This document shows positions 44,403 to 50,108 of a DNA stretch of 50,108 nt, one piece after another. The position numbers and the translations under genes were made by a program. The notes under the pieces are model-generated. The model had not been told where the DNA came from, ran no database searches, and saw only the letters and a list, made by a program, of their open reading frames with translations. Position 1 is the stretch's first letter. The number at the start of each line of letters is the position of its first letter. The DNA is from an uncultured Candidatus Woesearchaeota archaeon (GTDB lineage Archaea; Nanobdellota; Nanobdellia; Woesearchaeales; 21-14-0-10-32-9): positions 1-50,108 of the forward strand of contig CAITEO010000031.1 of NCBI GenBank assembly GCA_903891505.1, read 5' to 3'.

Positions 44403-46721
44403 TTATATTTTTAGTTTCTCTTCTTGTTTTCTTGCTCGTAGTTCTCTTTTCAGCCATTCATTCCATTCAAAGAATATTTTTTTGCTGTCTAGTTTTCCTG
44501 TCTCTGTTTTGACTTTGTCGCTTATCTTGTGGAATTGGTCATTGCTTAAAATTACAAACGGAGCTTCGAGCAAATCGTCGTCTTTTTCTTTTTCTGCTGC
44601 TGTGACGAGCGCTTCTTTTATGCTTGCTCGAAGAAGAATATTATCCCAGACGGCATCCCAGTTGCCAGCCCAATCCTTGACGTTGCTTGCAATCGCTTTT
44701 AGAATTTCAGAGTCGCCATTGAGTAAATCATCTGTTGGTTCAAGAGTATCTGTTTTTGAATTATATTTTAATAAGTCAACAAATCCTTTTTCGTGCTGAG
44801 GATCATCTGTCCAGTCTTTTCTAACTTCAGTAATTTGTGTTACACGTCTCCATTTGTGTAAGCCATCAGCACTCTTTATTGGGTTTGCGATGATAATTAT
44901 ATCTGTTGCTTTGAAGCTTGTTCTTGGAACTTCAAGATCATTAACGACTCTGTCAAATACTCCATATGGACTGTCGCCGTGGATTGTTCCTGCAACAACG
45001 TTTGCAAGTGCGCCTACACGCATGGCTTCGTAGAGTGCTTTGGCTTCAGTGCTTCTTACTTCTCCGACGAATAATGCAGAGTCGCCAAGTCTTAGTGTTG
45101 TTCTTATTCCTTCGTCGGCTGCAACTTCTTTTGTTCCTTTTGAAAGAGCTGACGCTACTTTCATTGATTGTATGTTGTAGCCCATTTCTTTTAATTGATT
45201 GACTGGCAATTCAAGAGTATCTTCGATTGTTATAATTCTGTAGCTTCTCATTATTTCGACGAGAAGTGCGCCTAGCACTGAAGATTTTCCAGCGCTTCTT
45301 GTTCCTGCAACAAGCAACGTCCTGTTTCCATCGACGAGAAAACTTATAACTCCTGCTGCAAGTGGGCTTATCATCCTATTTTTCATGAACAATGCAAGTG
45401 TCCACGGTTTGTCTCTATGACGTCTAAACGCATAGGCAATTCCTGATGGATTTAATGGTTTTCCAATAACACCTACTCTTGCATTTGCAACGCCAGGTAT
45501 ATCAAGATCAGTATCGAGTATTGGATTTGCTTCATCAAGTGGTCTGCCAGATAGAAGTCTTAGTTTTGACGCCCAGGATTCAGAGTCGCTGATGCTAGGG
45601 ATTATGTTTGTCTTGCAGTCTCCGAAGATGTTATGCACAATGAACATTGGTGCTTGGCCCATGGGGCTGTTGATTGTTATATCTTGAATATTTTCATCTC
45701 TAAGCAATACTTCAATTAGACCAAAGCCGACAGTATAACGTATGAGTATTTGTGTTAGCTCCTCTATTTCTTCAGGTTTCAATCTTAGTTTCCTATATGT
45801 CGCAAGCTCTTCAATTAAGTCAGAACCTACATTGTAAAATATTTCTCTTATTCTATCAGGATTAACAAAGTCCTGCTCGTCTGGTTTGTACTCTGACATT
45901 ATTTTTCTTGCCATATCTAGCAGTTCATATTTTTCCTCAGGAAGTTTGAATTCAGGCGGAGTTACATGGTATAGATATTGTATGTTGTCTTGCAGTTTGA
46001 AAATAACAACTTCAGTGTCGCCCATATTGTAACTCATCACTTCCTCTCCATCCTGAGGATATGTCGCCATGAGTCTTGTGAACATGAAGTCGGGGCGTAT
46101 TGTTGGTCTGAACAATTTTCTGTATAATTCTCTATCTCCAATTTTGTAGCCTGCAAGATAGGGTAGTGCTAGTTGGATTAATCTTGTATTCTCAAGATTT
46201 TTTAGTAAGTATTCTATGAGTGTGATGTATGCTTCTCTTGCTCGGGCAAGAGGTTCTTCTATTTCTTTTTCTAGTTCTATTTTTTCTCGTCTGAGAATTC
46301 TTTTTATCTCGACAAAACAACCAATAGGATCACGCGTTAAGTAGTTGAATATAAGGTTGTGCACTTCGCTGTATTTCTCGGAAAGTGAGCGTAGATCGCC
46401 GCCTGAGATGTGATTCAGGTTCTGAAAAGAGAAGAATTCATTTTGTTTTATTAGGTGCTTGTAGATTTTTGAAATCTCAATTAAGAGACGTATTTGATCA
46501 TATTCATATTCGTACTCATGCTTTTGATTAAAAATTATTTTTGTTGCGCTAGGATTTGACATTAGAAGTTCGCAGGTCTTTGCCATGCATAGCGGATCAT
46601 CTTCTATTGATGGAACTCTTGGTACAGAAACATAATTAACTCTAAGTACATTATCAGGACCTTCCTTGAACAAGTCGTAGTCTTGGAAAAATCCTCCAGT
46701 TCTTTCTTTTTCAGCCACCAA
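44403..46721 (-). CDS. type II/IV secretion-family ATPase (FlaI/PilB/VirB11-like), long form 772 aa
   Basis: Walker A AGTRSAGKSSVLGAL, Asp box IITIEDTLEL, Walker B ALFVGEVR and His box AGTIHG. The GTG start follows GAGGGG. Confidence 0.9.
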   Translation of the reverse strand: MVAEKERTGGFFQDYDLFKEGPDNVLRVNYVSVPRVPSIEDDPLCMAKTCELLMSNPSATKIIFNQKHEYEYEYDQIRLLIEISKIYKHLIKQNEFFSFQNLNHISGGDLRSLSEKYSEVHNLIFNYLTRDPIGCFVEIKRILRREKIELEKEIEEPLARAREAYITLIEYLLKNLENTRLIQLALPYLAGYKIGDRELYRKLFRPTIRPDFMFTRLMATYPQDGEEVMSYNMGDTEVVIFKLQDNIQYLYHVTPPEFKLPEEKYELLDMARKIMSEYKPDEQDFVNPDRIREIFYNVGSDLIEELATYRKLRLKPEEIEELTQILIRYTVGFGLIEVLLRDENIQDITINSPMGQAPMFIVHNIFGDCKTNIIPSISDSESWASKLRLLSGRPLDEANPILDTDLDIPGVANARVGVIGKPLNPSGIAYAFRRHRDKPWTLALFMKNRMISPLAAGVISFLVDGNRTLLVAGTRSAGKSSVLGALLVEIMRSYRIITIEDTLELPVNQLKEMGYNIQSMKVASALSKGTKEVAADEGIRTTLRLGDSALFVGEVRSTEAKALYEAMRVGALANVVAGTIHGDSPYGVFDRVVNDLEVPRTSFKATDIIIIANPIKSADGLHKWRRVTQITEVRKDWTDDPQHEKGFVDLLKYNSKTDTLEPTDDLLNGDSEILKAIASNVKDWAGNWDAVWDNILLRASIKEALVTAAEKEKDDDLLEAPFVILSNDQFHKISDKVKTETGKLDSKKIFFEWNEWLKRELRARKQEEKLKI

Positions 46722-46776
46722 CCCCTCAACTCTTTTTTGATGTGCACTAAATCAATACTGCACATCCAACCCCTCA
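46718..46776 (-). promoter_or_regulatory. 8-bp-stem hairpin flanked by a duplicated 11-mer in the ATPase 5' leader
   Basis: The direct repeat CCAACCCCTCA occurs at 46718-46728, overlapping the GTG start and its SD, and again at 46766-46776. The hairpin between them pairs GATGTGCA (46739-46746) with TGCACATC (46759-46766). Confidence 0.4.
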
Positions 46777-46941
46777 CCCAGAGACTATCTGGTCAATAGT
46801 CTTCTTAATCTAAGGTATATAAATCTTTTGACGGTCTTGAGTGTTTTTCTTTTTCTTTTCTATTTTTTTAGTTTCTTTTTTGCGTCTAGTTAGTCTCTAG
46901 CTGATTCATTCTTATCTGAATAAAAGAAGTTTCTGGTCGAG

Positions 46942-47095
46942 TTTTCTAGTTTACAGAGGTTTACCCCTCTGCAAATAAAGAAAATACCCTCACGTCTGGC
47001 ATTTTCTAATTCGCGAGTTACTCCCTTGCAAATAAAGAAAATTTCATAGAAATTTTCTAATTTAGAGCATGTTGCCATTCTCTAAATAAACAAAA
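46942..47095. repeat. three tandem, individually palindromic units of about 42 bp (TTTTCTA(G/A)TT ... GAG..CTC core ... AAATAAA(G/C)AAAA)
   Basis: The units span 46942-46984, 47002-47041 and 47053-47095. Unit 1 has a core stem of CAGAGG with CCTCTG, and unit 3 has TAGAG with CTCTA. They lie between the divergent pilus ATPase operon and the membrane-protein triad. Confidence 0.65.
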
Positions 47096-47097
47096 GG

Positions 47098-47105
47098 TTT
47101 ATAAA
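47098..47105 (+). promoter_or_regulatory. TATA-like box (TTTATAAA) for the first triad gene
   Basis: Lies 39 nt upstream of the ATG at 47144. The SD-like GGAGAGAGG is at 47126-47134. Confidence 0.35.
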
Positions 47106-47143
47106 CTATGAACATTGGAGTTATGGAGAGAGGTTAATACAAT

Positions 47144-47728
47144 ATGGTGGCGACAGCATTTGGAGGGGCTTTGGCGTTTCTTACAAGACTCGGTGTCTTT
47201 GAGACAGTTCTACCTTTTTTGCTCGTCTTCACTTTAGTATTTGCATTCTTAGAAAAGACAAAAGTCTTTGGTGTTGAGAAGTACAGGTCAGATGCAGATA
47301 ATGTTGTCTATGATGTTCCGAAGAAAAATTTGAACAGCATGGCTGCGTTTTGTATTGCTTTTTTTGTCGTAGCTTCTGCTCAACTTGTTGCAATAGTTAG
47401 TGAAGTCACATCAAAAGTTGTCTTGCTTATAATATTAGTATTTTGTTTTACACTTACGGTAGGTGCGTTCCAGAAAGAGCAGAAAGAAGGTTTTGCTCTC
47501 AATAAAACTTGGACTGTTGTGTTTGAGATAATAGTTTTTGTTGGAATTGCTTTGATATTTCTAAACGCTCTTGGATGGCTTGATGATATATTCAATTGGC
47601 TAAATAATGTTTGGGGAAGCGAAGCAACAGCATCATTAGTAATGGTGTTATTATTGATTGGGCTTATGGTATTTATCACTTGGGATAAAAAACCAGGGAA
47701 GAGCAAGGAGGCCGAAAAGAGCAAATAA
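47144..47728 (+). CDS. membrane protein, paralog 1 of a tandem triad (function unknown)
   Basis: The N-terminal motif LGVFETVLPFLLVFTLVFAFLEKTKVFG is shared with paralog 2. It has about 4 TM helices and a Lys-rich tail. Confidence 0.65.
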   Translation: MVATAFGGALAFLTRLGVFETVLPFLLVFTLVFAFLEKTKVFGVEKYRSDADNVVYDVPKKNLNSMAAFCIAFFVVASAQLVAIVSEVTSKVVLLIILVFCFTLTVGAFQKEQKEGFALNKTWTVVFEIIVFVGIALIFLNALGWLDDIFNWLNNVWGSEATASLVMVLLLIGLMVFITWDKKPGKSKEAEKSK

Positions 47729-47815
47729 GTAAAATAGTTGCTTAGTTGTCTAATTACAGTCAAAAGAAATATAAATAAGTAAGCAAAGAGGTTTAAAGGA
47801 GTAAGGTGATTCACG

Positions 47816-48436
47816 ATGTACTGGGATTTTAGAAGCTTGATAATGTCTCTTGATGATGTAGGTGTTTTGGATGTAATAATGCCATTTATTCTTGTATTTA
47901 CAATTATATATGCTGTTTTGCAGAAAACAAAAATTCTTGGAAAGACTGAGGATGGTCAACCAAGGAAAAATTTTAATGTTATCATTGCTTTAGTTATGGC
48001 ACTTGCTACTGTTATACCTCATGTTACTGGCAAGACTAGTTATTATGGTATTGGGATAGTTGATGTTGTTGACATAATAAATACTGCACTTCCAAATGTT
48101 GCACTTGTGGCAGTCATAATAATAATGATTCTTATAACTATTGGTGTCTTCGGAAAAGAGTTCGACATCGGAGAGGGTTACGGTGGAATATTTGTAATTC
48201 TAGCTTTCCTTGTTGTTGGATTCATATTTGCAACATCAGCAGGATGGTTTGCACAAGGTACACTTCCAAGTTGGCTTTACTTTGTTTATGATTCACAATT
48301 CCAAGCACTTGTTGTTGCATTGCTCGTATTCGGGGTAATAATTTACTTCATCACAAAAGAGAGCAAGCCTAAGGAGAAGGATAAGAACTGGATGACTGAG
48401 TTCAACAAGATGATAAAGGATCCTTATAGGAAGTAA
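47816..48436 (+). CDS. membrane protein, paralog 2 of the triad
   Basis: VGVLDVIMPFILVFTIIYAVLQKTKILG. The length and TM layout are similar to paralog 1. Confidence 0.65.
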   Translation: MYWDFRSLIMSLDDVGVLDVIMPFILVFTIIYAVLQKTKILGKTEDGQPRKNFNVIIALVMALATVIPHVTGKTSYYGIGIVDVVDIINTALPNVALVAVIIIMILITIGVFGKEFDIGEGYGGIFVILAFLVVGFIFATSAGWFAQGTLPSWLYFVYDSQFQALVVALLVFGVIIYFITKESKPKEKDKNWMTEFNKMIKDPYRK

Positions 48437-48468
48437 ATGCAGGAAAAGAGGAGTTTGAGGATTATAAC

Positions 48469-49080
48469 ATGGCAGCATTCTTAGATGTAGGGATTTTAGG
48501 TTATTTTAGAGTAATCTTTACTATGATTTTAATATTTGTTATAGTCTATGGTTTACTTGCTTGGACAAAACCTTTCGGTGGATCAGGCACAGGAATGTAT
48601 GCTCTAATTGCTATTGCGTTTGCTGTTTTGAGTATAACAAGTACAGGAGTTTTAGCTCTTGTGTCGTTCATGACTCCTTGGTTCTTTGTTGTTATATTTG
48701 TGGGTTTTTTTATATTGTTTATGCTCATGATATTTGGTCTTAAGGATAAGGATCTTACGGCAGGTAAGACTCCGCAGCTTAGAACGTGGGTAATGATTGT
48801 AACAATTGTAATTTTGTTGTTCGGTCTTGGTTCAGCATTTGGTCAAAAGACGCTTGATCAAGGAACTGGCACGACAGGCACGACGACTACAACAACAGTT
48901 ACAGCGAATGGGTCAGGTATTGGAAATACGAATATAACTGGCGCGCCTGAAGCGACAGCATCTAGTAACTTTGGGACTAATGCATTGAATACACTTGTTA
49001 ATCCACAAGTACTTGGGTTCATCGCGATAATGCTTGTTGCAGTCTTCACAGTATTTCTATTAACTTCAAGTGGATTGTAA
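48469..49080 (+). CDS. membrane protein, paralog 3 of the triad (more divergent, with a Thr/Gly-rich extracellular loop)
   Basis: VGILGYFRVIFTMILIFVIVYGLLAWTKPFG. It also contains a TGTTGTTTTTTVTANGSG linker and a final TM helix. Confidence 0.6.
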   Translation: MAAFLDVGILGYFRVIFTMILIFVIVYGLLAWTKPFGGSGTGMYALIAIAFAVLSITSTGVLALVSFMTPWFFVVIFVGFFILFMLMIFGLKDKDLTAGKTPQLRTWVMIVTIVILLFGLGSAFGQKTLDQGTGTTGTTTTTTVTANGSGIGNTNITGAPEATASSNFGTNALNTLVNPQVLGFIAIMLVAVFTVFLLTSSGL

Positions 49081-49264
49081 GTAAAAAGTATTGTTATTGT
49101 TCTAGATTTTTTAAGTTTTTTTAATTGTTAGTTTGTGTTCATATTGCATGTTATTCATATTTGTTAAAGTATTCATCGCATGTTATTTAGAAATTTATTT
49201 AGAAAATTATTTATATACATAAAAAAATATTTGTATTTTCAGGGTTTGTATTTGGAGGGGTAAT

Positions 49265-50053
49265 ATGAGATATTCAAAAATCATTCTTCTTATAGTTTTA
49301 ATTAGCACTGCATTTATTGTGGCCTGCGACCAAACAAGCGGAAACCTTGTCAACCAGTCGAATGGTAATGGTGGAAATAATTTCGGAAACGGCGCAGGTC
49401 ATGGTGGAACAAAACTTAGGGTACTGCCGAATTATGCATTATCTGCATGTCTAGATACAAATACAGGTAAAAGTTACGTTGATGCTCAGACAATGATGGC
49501 TGCAGGAGGTTCGCCGGGTGTTGCAGGTTATACATGGAGCTCTGATTTTTCGACTTTTCCTGCAGGTACAACTGTGCTGCCTTTGACTGGAGTATTTCAG
49601 GGTAATGGTGGAAGTGTTGTTTCTGGACAATATATTGTTAAGGTAAAAGTCTCTGATGGGTCATCTACTGCAACAGGAACTGCTGCTCTAACAGTTATAA
49701 CAGCGTCTTCAGGAGTAATCAACGGAATTCCTGATCCTGGCTGTCCATTTGCAATACTTCAACAGTATCCTGGAGGGTCATTTCAACTTGACGATGCAGT
49801 TGCAAACAAACCATATGGTGCGACACTTTTTGCACTGGGCGGAACACCTCCCTATTTCTGGAGCGAAGATGAGACTTATACTGAAAGAAGCGACTTTGAT
49901 ATGTCTGGCCTGAAGATAGATTCTACCAAGGGAATAGTCAGTGGAACTCCTTTTGAGAGTGCATCAGGGAAGACGTTGAAGTTCGTGGTAACTCTCAAAG
50001 ACAGCACAGGCGAAACTATTTCAGGTCCTGTATATATGATTAATGTAAAATAA
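49265..50053 (+). CDS. secreted lipoprotein-like protein with two putative Ig-like (He_PIG / cadherin-like) domains
   Basis: The signal peptide plus Cys is MRYSKIILLIVLISTAFIVAC. Motifs AGGSPGVAGYTWS, GGTPPYFWS and KGIVSGTP are typical of 'putative Ig' repeats. Confidence 0.6.
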   Translation: MRYSKIILLIVLISTAFIVACDQTSGNLVNQSNGNGGNNFGNGAGHGGTKLRVLPNYALSACLDTNTGKSYVDAQTMMAAGGSPGVAGYTWSSDFSTFPAGTTVLPLTGVFQGNGGSVVSGQYIVKVKVSDGSSTATGTAALTVITASSGVINGIPDPGCPFAILQQYPGGSFQLDDAVANKPYGATLFALGGTPPYFWSEDETYTERSDFDMSGLKIDSTKGIVSGTPFESASGKTLKFVVTLKDSTGETISGPVYMINVK

Positions 50054-50108
50054 AAATAATATGAACTTGAATTATTAAAAATAATATGAATTATTAAAAA
50101 TAAAATAA

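Noticed and set aside
46890-47078. 62-aa minus-strand ORF with internal repeats (KLEN...IFFIC.G)
   Set aside because: Its repeat structure simply mirrors the three tandem DNA units. It has no plausible start context, and the region is the divergent promoter between two operons.
46942-47095. Possible mini-CRISPR array (regularly spaced repeats in a non-coding region)
   Set aside because: There are only three units, and the conserved parts are short AT-rich flanks (10-13 bp) rather than a 24-40-bp repeat. The 'spacers' are themselves small palindromes. No cas genes or leader lie nearby. The region is better explained as tandem operator or promoter units.

Overview
This is an AT-rich chromosomal segment (roughly one-third G+C by eye, not computed). 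It is clearly archaeal and most plausibly from a small-genome, DPANN-like lineage. Supporting evidence: archaeal-type PheRS alpha and beta, ribosomal protein uS15 in its S15P/S13e form, several class III (archaeal type IV pilin) signal peptides, a FlaI/FlaJ-like pilus ATPase and platform pair, TATA-like boxes about 25-40 nt upstream of many start codons, and many Lys/Asn/Glu-rich proteins with no recognisable family.

Recognisable content:
- Housekeeping: pheS, pheT, rps15, a YhbY/CRM RNA-binding protein, a YbaK-type deacylase and a short NFACT-R protein.
- Transport: a MacB-type ABC operon that includes a COG1361-like surface protein, an MFS transporter and a 2-TM K+ channel.
- Enzymes: a phosphoribosyltransferase, a short Tzs/MiaA-like isopentenyltransferase, an oversized phosphohexomutase, a LigB-type dioxygenase, a PAP2 phosphatase, a metallophosphoesterase and an M50 protease.
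- A RelE-type toxin-antitoxin pair with a palindromic operator.
- Two IS200/IS605-type tnpA copies, one cut by the window edge and one frameshifted.
- A cell-surface locus at 37-50 kb: three pilin-like genes, a Cys-rich secreted protein, the pilus ATPase and platform, three tandem paralogous membrane proteins and an Ig-like lipoprotein.

I found no tRNA, canonical rRNA operon, CRISPR array or cas gene.

Signals most worth follow-up:
1. A family of GC-rich double-hairpin (REP-like) elements at gene 3' ends, co-resident with the Y1 transposase copies.
2. A 155-nt GC-rich, highly structured island inside the ABC operon (8124-8278) with partial 5S-rRNA-like motifs.
3. A three-gene module of unknown function (30164-34852) bracketed by inverted copies of the double-hairpin element.
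4. The pilus/adhesion locus, with a triad of paralogous membrane proteins behind three tandem palindromic ~42-bp units.
5. Two paralogous membrane-tethered wHTH regulators, each head-to-head with a transporter.

All family assignments rest on motifs read by eye. No database search was run.
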